Source: an uncultured Planctomycetales bacterium
GTDB lineage: Bacteria; Omnitrophota; Gorgyraeia; Aquiviventales; Aquiviventaceae
Assembly (NCBI GenBank): GCA_964401235.1
Contig: CAYNXT010000002.1
Coordinates: 1-32,803 of the forward strand
Direction: 5' to 3'
Length of the DNA stretch: 32,803 nucleotides
Part shown: one piece after another, positions 9,041-16,816 of the stretch
How positions within the stretch are numbered: the stretch's first letter is position 1
How the letters are laid out: every line of letters begins with the position of its first letter
Made by a program: the position numbers and the translations under genes
The notes under the pieces: model-generated
Database searches by the model: none
What the model was told of the DNA's origin: nothing
The model's input: only the letters and a program-made list of their open reading frames with translations

Positions 9041-10074
9041 TGGCGATCAAACAACTCGGCATGTTGACGGGAGGAGGCGACTGTCCTGGGCTGAATCCGG
9101 TGATCCGGGCGGTGACGCGGCGCGCGCTGCAAGCCGGCATCAAAGTCTTTGGCATCCGGAACGGCTGGAAAGGGCTCATCCAGGGCGACGTGCTGCCCCT
9201 CACGCTGGAATCGGTCTCGGGCATCCTACCCAAAGGGGGCACTATCCTGGGCACCTCGCGCACCAATCCGTATAAACGCCCGGAAGACCATGCCAAGCTA
9301 TTGGAGACGCTTAAGCGATTGCAGTTGGATGTCCTTATTGCTATCGGAGGCGAGGATACGCTGGGCGTGGCCACCAAATTGTCCAAGGAAGGGGTAAAGG
9401 TGGTTGGGGTGCCAAAAACGATCGATAATGATCTCTCTCAAACCGATTACACCTTCGGGTTTGATACGGCCGTCAATATCGCCATGGAGGCCATCGACCG
9501 GCTCCACACGACGGCGGAAAGCCACCACCGGATCATGGTCGCCGAGGTCATGGGACGCCATGCGGGTTGGATCGCCACCTGTGCGGGCATTGCCGGTGGA
9601 GCGGATGTTATTCTGATTCCTGAGGAGCCCGTTGACCTGGAGGCGGTCTGCGACATCATCAAAAGACGTCACGGTCGGGGCAAAGATTTCAGCATCATCG
9701 TGGTGGCGGAGGGGGCGCAATTCAAAGGGCAATCCAATGTCATCACCGAGGACAAGTTGGATGAATTCGGGCATGTCCGCTTAGGCGGCGTCGGCCATGC
9801 CTTGGGCAAACTCATTGAAGAGCGCACTGGGTATGAGACACGCGTGACAGTGCTCGGACATCTGCAACGGGGCGGGAGCCCCACGGCGTTTGACCGGATT
9901 CTCGGCACTCGCTTCGGGGTCAAGGCGGTGGAGCTGGCCCTTGAAGGCAAGTTCGGGTACATGGCCAGCTTGCAGGGCACTCAGGTGGTTGGCATCCCGA
10001 TTGAGCAGGCCACGGGACAGCTCAAGACCGTAGATAAGGAACTGTATAACATTGCCAAGATTTTTTTTGGCTGA
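9040..10074 (+). CDS. pfk: 6-phosphofructokinase, probably pyrophosphate-dependent
   Basis: GMLTGGGDCPGLN, IGGEDTLG, VPKTIDNDL, MGRHAGW, GHLQRGG. Asp occupies the position equivalent to E. coli PfkA Gly104. Confidence 0.9.
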   Translation: MAIKQLGMLTGGGDCPGLNPVIRAVTRRALQAGIKVFGIRNGWKGLIQGDVLPLTLESVSGILPKGGTILGTSRTNPYKRPEDHAKLLETLKRLQLDVLIAIGGEDTLGVATKLSKEGVKVVGVPKTIDNDLSQTDYTFGFDTAVNIAMEAIDRLHTTAESHHRIMVAEVMGRHAGWIATCAGIAGGADVILIPEEPVDLEAVCDIIKRRHGRGKDFSIIVVAEGAQFKGQSNVITEDKLDEFGHVRLGGVGHALGKLIEERTGYETRVTVLGHLQRGGSPTAFDRILGTRFGVKAVELALEGKFGYMASLQGTQVVGIPIEQATGQLKTVDKELYNIAKIFFG

Positions 10075-10078
10075 CCCC

Positions 10079-10657
10079 ATGGCATACGACGTGATCCGAG
10101 CGGCTCTGACCGACACCGGCCGGTTGCATAGCGAGCTGCCCGAAACACAGCTCGCACTCATTGCGCAAGCCGCAACCCGGATGACCGAGGCGCTTAAGGC
10201 GGGGCGCAAGATCATCTGGTTCGGCAATGGCGGCTCGGCGACGCAGAGCCAGCACATGGCCGGCGAGTTTGTTGGCCGTTTCTTGAAAGAGCGGGGCTCA
10301 CTCCCTTCGATTTCGCTGACTGAAAACATGGCCAGTGTCACCGCCATCGGGAATGATTATACGTTTGAGCAGATCTTCTCTCGCCAGCTTGAAGGGCTCT
10401 CCCAACCAGGCGATGTCGCGATCGGTCTTTCCACCTCCGGCAACTCACCCAATGTGGTGAAGGCGCTTCAGGCGGCAAAGCCGCTGAAACTCTTCGCGAT
10501 TGGGCTGACCGGCGGCACCGGTGGCCACATGGCGTCACTGTGCGATGTGTGTATCTGCGTGCCCTCCAAGGTGACGGCGCGGATTCAAGAAGTTCATCTG
10601 ACCATCGGGCATATTCTCTGTGGATTGGTGGAAGATGCCCTTATCACGTCGACCTAG
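10079..10657 (+). CDS. gmhA: D-sedoheptulose-7-phosphate isomerase (SIS domain)
   Basis: GNGGSATQSQHMAGEFVGRF...GLSTSGNSPNV. The ATG at 10079, just after the pfk stop, is preferred over 10052. Confidence 0.88.
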   Translation: MAYDVIRAALTDTGRLHSELPETQLALIAQAATRMTEALKAGRKIIWFGNGGSATQSQHMAGEFVGRFLKERGSLPSISLTENMASVTAIGNDYTFEQIFSRQLEGLSQPGDVAIGLSTSGNSPNVVKALQAAKPLKLFAIGLTGGTGGHMASLCDVCICVPSKVTARIQEVHLTIGHILCGLVEDALITST

Positions 10658-11138
10658 CGCCAGCCGCGCGAAGATCACTTCTCCAGCGGCGCTGCAGCGG
10701 ATCCTCCGTCGGCATCGCGCGCATGGGCGCACCGTCGTATTCACCAACGGCTGTTTCGATTTGTTGCATGCCGGCCATGTCACGCTCCTTGAGCGAGCGA
10801 AACATCTCGGTGATGTGCTCGTGGTGGCTCTCAATAGCGATCGCTCGACTCGTCGGCTCAAAGGCTCCTCTCGCCCCATCATGTCCCAGCGCGACCGGGC
10901 CAGGCTGCTCGCCGCCTTGGCCAGCGTGGACTACGTTACCGTGTTCAATGAATCAACCCCGCAGCGTCTGGTAGAGCTGTTGCGCCCCGATGTGCTGGTC
11001 AAGGGAGCGGATTGGGGACGAGGGCGGATTGTCGGAGCGGAGGAGGTCAACGCCTGGGGTGGTCGGGTGGTGCGGGTTCCTCTGGTGCGCGGTTATTCCA
11101 CAACCGGGTTGATTGAGCGAATTCAACGGGCCGCATGA
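10635..11138 (+). CDS. D-glycero-beta-D-manno-heptose-1-phosphate adenylyltransferase (HldE domain II only)
   Basis: Cytidylyltransferase fold motif VVFTNGCFDLLHAGHVTLL...VVALNSD. No sugar-kinase domain is present. The start is uncertain (10620 or 10635). Confidence 0.82.
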   Translation: MPLSRRPSASRAKITSPAALQRILRRHRAHGRTVVFTNGCFDLLHAGHVTLLERAKHLGDVLVVALNSDRSTRRLKGSSRPIMSQRDRARLLAALASVDYVTVFNESTPQRLVELLRPDVLVKGADWGRGRIVGAEEVNAWGGRVVRVPLVRGYSTTGLIERIQRAA

Positions 11139-11560
11139 ACCGGCAAGCCCTCTTGCGCATTCTGGATGCCAACGGCAACCGGGCGCTGGAAGGGCTGCGG
11201 GTGTGCGAAGATATCGTCCGCTTTGCCTTCGAGGCATCCGCGCCGTTTCGCCGCCTGCGCGCCTTACGCCACGCCGTAGCTGATGCGCTCGCCCGGCTGC
11301 CAGTGGATCAGCGAATGCTGTTGCGCGCGCGTCAGAGCGGCCGGGATGTCGGCCGTCGTGCTCCGGCGCGAGCTGAGCGCTCACTTGAGCGGTTACTCTT
11401 GATTAATTTCCAACGGGTCAAAGAGTCACTGCGCACCCTTGAAGAGTGCAGCCGGCTCATCGCGCCTGGGATGACCCCGGTCTTCCAGCGCTTGCGGTTT
11501 CGGACTTATGAAGTCGAACGGGACCTCCTACTCCATGTGGCAACTCTACGTCATCGTTGA
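11135..11560 (+). CDS. ThiE-associated N-terminal-domain protein (normally fused to thiamine-phosphate synthase in some lineages)
   Basis: 141 aa with the LDANGNRALEGLRVCEDIVRF motif, which I recall as an N-terminal extension of long ThiE proteins. ATGA overlap with the upstream gene. Confidence 0.5.
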   Translation: MNRQALLRILDANGNRALEGLRVCEDIVRFAFEASAPFRRLRALRHAVADALARLPVDQRMLLRARQSGRDVGRRAPARAERSLERLLLINFQRVKESLRTLEECSRLIAPGMTPVFQRLRFRTYEVERDLLLHVATLRHR

Positions 11561-12185
11561 TCGGCACGTGATCGGATCACGCGATCCGATCGAGGTGGCC
11601 TCAGCCGCCATTCAGGGAGGCGCCGATGTCCTCCAGCTCAGAGATAAGCTTTCCTCCGACTCGGATCTGCTCAAAGATGCCCGCCGCCTGCGCGCCCTCA
11701 CGCAAGCATCCAGCATCCCGTTCATCCTCAATGATCGCGTCGCGATTGCCGCCCAAGTCGGCGCTGACGGCGTGCACGTTGGGCAAGAGGACATGCCGAT
11801 TGCCGAAGCGCGCAAGCAGTTGGCGCCTGGAACGCTGATCGGCAAGTCGACCCACACTCTTGAGCAAGCCCTGGCGGCCGGACAGGAAGGGGCGGACTAT
11901 CTTGGCTGCGGACCGATCTTTTCTACTCCCACCAAACCGGCGTACGGCTGCGTGGGAACCGCGCTGATTACCCAGGTGATGGCGCGTGTGACCATTCCGG
12001 TCGTCTGTATCGGAGGCATTGAGCCGGCAACGCTCAACGAGGCCTTGCAGGCCGGAGCTCGCTGCGTGGCCGTGGTCAGGGCTGTGTGTGCTGCGCCTGA
12101 TCCTGAAGCCGCCACCCGCGGCTTGAAAACCATAATCCGCAATACTCCACAATTCATTCGCACAGGTGTGGTTCCCCCATTATAA
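11535..12185 (+). CDS. thiE: Thiamine-phosphate synthase
   Basis: LYVIVD..., GADVLQLRDK, GADGVHVGQED, GKSTH, GADYLGCGPIFSTPTK, VCIGGI. Confidence 0.9.
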   Translation: MWQLYVIVDRHVIGSRDPIEVASAAIQGGADVLQLRDKLSSDSDLLKDARRLRALTQASSIPFILNDRVAIAAQVGADGVHVGQEDMPIAEARKQLAPGTLIGKSTHTLEQALAAGQEGADYLGCGPIFSTPTKPAYGCVGTALITQVMARVTIPVVCIGGIEPATLNEALQAGARCVAVVRAVCAAPDPEAATRGLKTIIRNTPQFIRTGVVPPL

Positions 12186-12186
12186 T
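12157..12186 (+). promoter_or_regulatory. Putative promoter for tRNA-Gly inside the thiE 3' end
   Basis: TTCGCA (12157-12162), an 18-nt spacer, and exact TATAAT (12181-12186), 14 nt before the tRNA 5' end. Confidence 0.4.
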
Positions 12187-12199
12187 ATCGCCATGCAAT

Positions 12200-12271
12200 G
12201 CGGGCGTAGTTCAGCGGTAGAACGTCAGCTTCCCAAGCTGAATGTCGTGGGTTCGACTCCCATCGCCCGCT
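12200..12271 (+). tRNA. tRNA-Gly (anticodon CCC)
   Basis: Hand-folded cloverleaf: acceptor GCGGGCG/CGCCCGC, D arm GTTC/GAAC, anticodon stem TCAGC/GCTGA with loop TTCCCAA, T arm GTGGG-TTCGACT-CCCAT, discriminator T. No CCA is encoded. Followed by a T8 run. Confidence 0.9.
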
Positions 12272-12861
12272 GGTTTTTTTTCTCGTTGTGGGTTGCCGGC
12301 TGCGCCGCAACCGACACCACCACGCTTGCGCCACTACCACCTTCAACTTCACGGCCTACGCTCCAAGGCTCCTATCATGTGGTTCAACGGGGCGAAACGC
12401 TTTGGCGCATCGCGCGCTCATATGGGCTGGAGCCACGTGTGCTGGCTGCGGTCAACCGGATCCCGAGCGCGACCCAGCTCCAAGTCGGGCAACGGCTCTA
12501 TCTCCCGTTGCCCCCGGAGACGCGGCAGTTCTTATGGCCGCTGCGAGGTGCAGTCAAACCGGCAAGTCGCTCAACCGGCGTCGCGATCCTTGCACCGACC
12601 GGCAGCTTGGTGCGAGCCTCGCGCAGCGGACGCGTAGCGGTGGCGACCCATCAGCTTTCCGGTTGGGGGAAAACCGTCGTGCTGGATCATTTTGATGGAT
12701 ATCTCACCGTGTATGCAGGGCTGAACCGCATCCTGGTGAGTCCTGGTGGAGATCTTCGGCAGGGCATGCCTCTGGGAAGCGTCGGCGATCGCGCCCTGTT
12801 TTTTGAGATCCGTGATGGTGCCGTGGCAAAAAACACCCTAGCCTTATTGCCAAAGGATTGA
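12247..12861 (+). CDS. NlpD-like lipoprotein: LysM domain plus degenerate LytM (M23) domain
   Basis: LysM YHVVQRGETLWRIARSYG...LQVGQRLYLP. The M23-like C-terminus lacks the HxxxD and HxH metal ligands (STGVAI, LFFEIRDG). Lipobox WVAGC. The start is uncertain: GTG 12247 gives a full signal peptide but overlaps the tRNA, while TTG 12286 gives none. Confidence 0.78.
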   Translation: MGSTPIARWFFFSLWVAGCAATDTTTLAPLPPSTSRPTLQGSYHVVQRGETLWRIARSYGLEPRVLAAVNRIPSATQLQVGQRLYLPLPPETRQFLWPLRGAVKPASRSTGVAILAPTGSLVRASRSGRVAVATHQLSGWGKTVVLDHFDGYLTVYAGLNRILVSPGGDLRQGMPLGSVGDRALFFEIRDGAVAKNTLALLPKD

Positions 12862-12870
12862 TCCCCCACA

Positions 12871-14412
12871 ATGCCTGAGTTAAACCTTCGTCCTGCGTTG
12901 GCGTCTCACCTGGAGCAGCGCCTCCAAGCCTTCGCAGACGGGTTTCGTCACAACCTGGCACTCATCGGGCCGCCGGGAAGCGGCAAAACCTTTCAGCTCG
13001 AAGAGTTGCTGAGCCGCCAGCCCTCGTCGCTCTCGCTGATCTATTGTCCTGTGTACCGGGAGTCTTGCCGCAGCTTCATTCAGCGCCTGCTCAACGCGAT
13101 CCTGCAAGCCGGGGGCTGTGCCCCAGAACAGTTGCCCAAGACTGTCGCCGCCATGCGGCTCATCGAGCCGTTGCTTGCCAGGCGATTGTATGGCGAGGCG
13201 TTTACCCGTGCCCTGGACGCCATTCCGCATTTGATCGAGGATCGCGGCCGGTCGTGCGTCCTGATCCTCGATGAATTTTTGCATCTTGAAGAGATGGGAC
13301 TCGCCCATGCCTTTCATGAACTGGGCAAGCGGGTCATGACGTGGCCGGCAACGCTCTTTGTCCTTTCCAGCTCTTCACCCTATCGAGCCCGTCTGATCCT
13401 GCGCGAGCGGCTGCAGCTGCTCTTCGGACAGTTTGAGCTTCTGACGTCAGAGACGCTGGATCCGGCTCGGACCAGCGCGTGGATCATTCAGGAGCTGAAG
13501 AGAGTGCGGGGAGCTAAGCCGTTTGGCCGGTTTCTCATCCAGTGGTTTGACGGCTACCCGTGGTATCTGGCGTTATTCCTGCAGCGGCTGCGGGAGTTGG
13601 CAACGATGGCCGGCGCGACGGCACTCTCCCATGAGCTGTTTTTTCGTACGGCTCAAGATTTGATTGGCAGCGCGAACGGTCCGCTGCACCAGTGGTGCGT
13701 CTCGCGAACCGAGGGACTGCTGCAGCTTCGGGGAGGCGCGCGCGCGCTCGATGCCTTGCATCACGTGGCGGAGGGGGCGCGCACCATGACCGCAATCGGC
13801 AAACGCATGGGCCGAGGAGGACTCTCCGAATCACTCCAGATGTTGGTGGAGCGAGATTTGGCCAAGCGGAATGGCACCTGCTGGCTGGTGCCTGATCCGG
13901 TTCTGCGCTGCTGGCTCTCGACCGTCCTAGCCGCTCAACGGGCCGGCACACGGGTGTCGACGCAGGATGTCAGCGGCCGCTTTGAGCGGTACCTGCGCAC
14001 CATCTGGGAGCAGTGGGAGCAGGCGCGCGCGCGCTCCTTTCCTGACCAAGTGGCCGCGCTGTTTAGCAAATTTGACGACGAGACGATCTCGCTAGACTCC
14101 AAGACAGGGCGGCTGCCTCGGTTTCAGGCCATTCGAGCGCATGAGCCTGCAGCAGGCGGGGAGATCCGGTACCTCATCGCCGAGGGGGAAGGCAAACGGT
14201 GGTGCGCATCGGTTCAGGAAGGACAAGTCGACGAAGCCACGATCGCTCACTTTGAAGCGTTTTGTCGCGACCAAACGCCCAGGCCGGCGCGCAAAGTCGT
14301 GATCACCAACGCCCAGATGCAGCACGATGCGCGCGTGTTTGCCAAGACGGTGAATATGTGGGTCTGGGAACCCCAAGACCTGCATCTGTTAATGAACTTG
14401 TACGGAACCTAA
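12871..14412 (+). CDS. AAA-type ATP-binding protein (Arch_ATPase-like N-domain, DUF234-like C-terminal domain)
   Basis: Walker A GPPGSGKT and Walker B CVLILDEF. The C-terminal pattern EIRYLIAEGEGKRWCASVQEG...ARKVVITN...VWEPQDL resembles the DUF234 tail of archaeal-type ATPases. Confidence 0.65.
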   Translation: MPELNLRPALASHLEQRLQAFADGFRHNLALIGPPGSGKTFQLEELLSRQPSSLSLIYCPVYRESCRSFIQRLLNAILQAGGCAPEQLPKTVAAMRLIEPLLARRLYGEAFTRALDAIPHLIEDRGRSCVLILDEFLHLEEMGLAHAFHELGKRVMTWPATLFVLSSSSPYRARLILRERLQLLFGQFELLTSETLDPARTSAWIIQELKRVRGAKPFGRFLIQWFDGYPWYLALFLQRLRELATMAGATALSHELFFRTAQDLIGSANGPLHQWCVSRTEGLLQLRGGARALDALHHVAEGARTMTAIGKRMGRGGLSESLQMLVERDLAKRNGTCWLVPDPVLRCWLSTVLAAQRAGTRVSTQDVSGRFERYLRTIWEQWEQARARSFPDQVAALFSKFDDETISLDSKTGRLPRFQAIRAHEPAAGGEIRYLIAEGEGKRWCASVQEGQVDEATIAHFEAFCRDQTPRPARKVVITNAQMQHDARVFAKTVNMWVWEPQDLHLLMNLYGT

Positions 14413-14895
14413 ATGGCGGCAATCGACCGGCTCTGGGCACCATGGCGCACCGCCTTTCTCTACCGACGCACTAAGAGTCGGCGATGCATTTTTTGCACGG
14501 CGAAGCGCACCAAGAGCCAAGACCGCATCCACCATGTCGTGGCTCGCGGCACCTCTACGTTTACGCTCTTGAATCGGTATCCGTACAATAACGGCCATGT
14601 CATGATCGCTCCCTATCGCCATGTCGGCACCTTAGAACGCTTGACGTCGCAGGAATGGGGCGAAATGTTGCGCCTGAGCCAACAGGTGATGAAGAAACTG
14701 ACGCGTACGCTCGGCCCTCAGGGCTGGAACGTGGGTCTGAATCTGGGACGAACCGCCGGAGCCGGCATCCCCGGCCATTTGCATCTGCACATCGTGCCGC
14801 GATGGAACGGAGACACCAACTTTTTTCCCACAGTCTCCGAAACCAAAGTGATTTCTCAGTCGTTGGATGCACTCTACACCTTCCTCACTCGGTGA
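14413..14895 (+). CDS. HIT-family nucleotide hydrolase/transferase
   Basis: Histidine triad GHLHLHIVPRW. NRYPYNNGHVMI. Confidence 0.85.
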   Translation: MAAIDRLWAPWRTAFLYRRTKSRRCIFCTAKRTKSQDRIHHVVARGTSTFTLLNRYPYNNGHVMIAPYRHVGTLERLTSQEWGEMLRLSQQVMKKLTRTLGPQGWNVGLNLGRTAGAGIPGHLHLHIVPRWNGDTNFFPTVSETKVISQSLDALYTFLTR

Positions 14896-16066
14896 TACGG
14901 CCTCGCTCCTGACGTCGCGGGAAGAGCTCGAGGCCCGCGAGGAACAGTGGCTGGCCCCCTACGCCCTGAAAAGCCGCGCCACGCGCGGACGCCAGCATCA
15001 AGAGTCCGAGGATCCCTACCGCACCGTCTACCGGCGCGACCGTGACCGCATCATCCACACGACCGCATTCCGCCGTTTGGAATATAAAACGCAAGTCTTC
15101 GTGAATCATGAAGGCGATCACTACCGCACGCGCCTGACCCACACACTGGAAGTGGCTCAAATCGCCGTCTCCATCGCCCGCATTCTTCGGCTCAATGAAG
15201 ATTTGGTGGAGGTCGTCGCGCTGGCTCATGACATCGGCCATCCGCCCTTCGGCCATGCCGGCGAAGATGCCTTGCGCGGGCTCATGGAGGGCCACGGAGG
15301 GTTCGAACACAACATCCAGGGCTTGCGCGTCGTCGATGTGCTCGAGACACGCTATCCAGGATTTCCAGGGTTGAATCTGACCTGGGAAGTGCGGGAGAGT
15401 ATTAACAAGCACCGCGCGCCGTACGATCTGCCGGACATGCCGGTCGCGCTGGATCCGAGCTCTGCGCCGCTGTTAGAGAGCCAAGTTGCCGACATCGCCG
15501 ATGAAATCGCGTATGACAATCATGACCTTGACGATGGGCTAGCCTCAGGTATCCTTAAAGAAGAGGAGCTTGAGCGGTTGGAGCTCTGGCGCCAAGCACG
15601 TGATTTGGTCACGCAAACCTGGGGCGAGTTAGAGCCCGAGATGCGACAGCATCAAATTATCCGCACGTTGATCCACCGACAGGTGTTGGACCTGGTCCAG
15701 GCCAGCAGCGAACGGCTCAAAGCGCAGCACATCGATTCGGTGACCGCCGTGCGCGCCTGTTCCCAGCGGCTCATCGGATTCAGCGATCACATGCGCGCAC
15801 TGCGCGTGCCCCTGAAGCAGTTTCTCTGGAACCAGTTCTATCATCACTACCGGGTCATTCGCATGGCGGATAAGGCCAAGCGGTTCATTGGAGAGCTCTT
15901 CTCGCTCTACATCAGCAAGCCGGAACAGCTGCCAAATACCACGCGCCTGCGCCTTTCAAAAAAGGAAGATCCCTATCGCGTGATCTGCGACTACATTGCC
16001 GGCATGACCGATCGGTACTGTTTAGAGGAATACAAGAAACTGTTCGATCCATTCGAGCGAGTCTAA
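14867..16066 (+). CDS. dgt: dGTP triphosphohydrolase-like HD-domain protein
   Basis: RDRDRIIHTTAFRRLEYKTQVF, HYRTRLTHTLEV, HDIGHPPFGHAGE, MTDRY. Overlaps the HIT gene by 29 nt if the ATG at 14867 is used. Confidence 0.9.
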   Translation: MHSTPSSLGDTASLLTSREELEAREEQWLAPYALKSRATRGRQHQESEDPYRTVYRRDRDRIIHTTAFRRLEYKTQVFVNHEGDHYRTRLTHTLEVAQIAVSIARILRLNEDLVEVVALAHDIGHPPFGHAGEDALRGLMEGHGGFEHNIQGLRVVDVLETRYPGFPGLNLTWEVRESINKHRAPYDLPDMPVALDPSSAPLLESQVADIADEIAYDNHDLDDGLASGILKEEELERLELWRQARDLVTQTWGELEPEMRQHQIIRTLIHRQVLDLVQASSERLKAQHIDSVTAVRACSQRLIGFSDHMRALRVPLKQFLWNQFYHHYRVIRMADKAKRFIGELFSLYISKPEQLPNTTRLRLSKKEDPYRVICDYIAGMTDRYCLEEYKKLFDPFERV

Positions 16067-16081
16067 CGAGGAGGAATCGGA

Positions 16082-16816
16082 ATGCGATACCTGATCATCG
16101 GGCTGGCACTGGCGGTGGTGGCGTGCGGATGTGGACGGAAAAGTTCCTTGCTCTTAGAGCGCCCGTCGCGCGGTCCGATGGCCGAAGTGCCTGAGGTCGC
16201 CCAGCAGGTGCTCTGGAACTTAGAGCCGACGACACAGACCGAGACCAAAGGCAATGTCGAGTTCCAGCTGATGCACGCCACCCCCGCCTATCTCCTCACG
16301 CTCTTTAACGACAAGGCCATCTTCGGTACATTCGCCGGCATGAACCCCTACTACCCGGAGCATCTGGTGTTTTACGTCAAGATCGCCAACAAGGGCGAAC
16401 AAAAAATCCGTATTCACCAGTCGGAATTTGTCTTGGTGGATGATCAAGGGGGGCAATACAGCGCGATCAGCACCGATTATGTGACCGCGTTCGCGGAATT
16501 CCGGCAGGGGGTCGCAGGAACAACGAGGGGCATGCTGGAGAGTGCGAGTCCAGGTTACTTCGGGTTTAGCATTCCGGTGGGGAAAATGTTCGCCCAGAAA
16601 CCGCAAAATCGCTTCGCGCTCTTGCAGCAGTCGGCGCTGCAAAACGGGTATCTCTATCCCGGGGTGGTGCACGACGGACTCGTGGCATTTTGGAATCCCT
16701 CAAGGAAGGCTAAAAAGATGCGGCTCATGACTGGCATTAAAACCGAGTTTGATGCCAACGACTGGCCGCAAAAGGTCCTTGAGTACGCCTTTGACTTGAC
16801 CGTCGTCAAACCCTAA
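16082..16816 (+). CDS. Putative lipoprotein of unknown function (DUF4352-like beta-sandwich?)
   Basis: GAGGAGG Shine-Dalgarno sequence. Signal peptide with lipobox MRYLIIGLALAVVAC. VKIANKGEQKIRIHQSEFVLVDDQGGQY resembles DUF4352. Confidence 0.6.
   Translation: MRYLIIGLALAVVACGCGRKSSLLLERPSRGPMAEVPEVAQQVLWNLEPTTQTETKGNVEFQLMHATPAYLLTLFNDKAIFGTFAGMNPYYPEHLVFYVKIANKGEQKIRIHQSEFVLVDDQGGQYSAISTDYVTAFAEFRQGVAGTTRGMLESASPGYFGFSIPVGKMFAQKPQNRFALLQQSALQNGYLYPGVVHDGLVAFWNPSRKAKKMRLMTGIKTEFDANDWPQKVLEYAFDLTVVKP

Noticed and set aside
12166-12246. ORF-track start of the NlpD-like ORF at 12166, or the ATG at 12193.
   Set aside because: Either start would translate straight through the whole tRNA-Gly gene.
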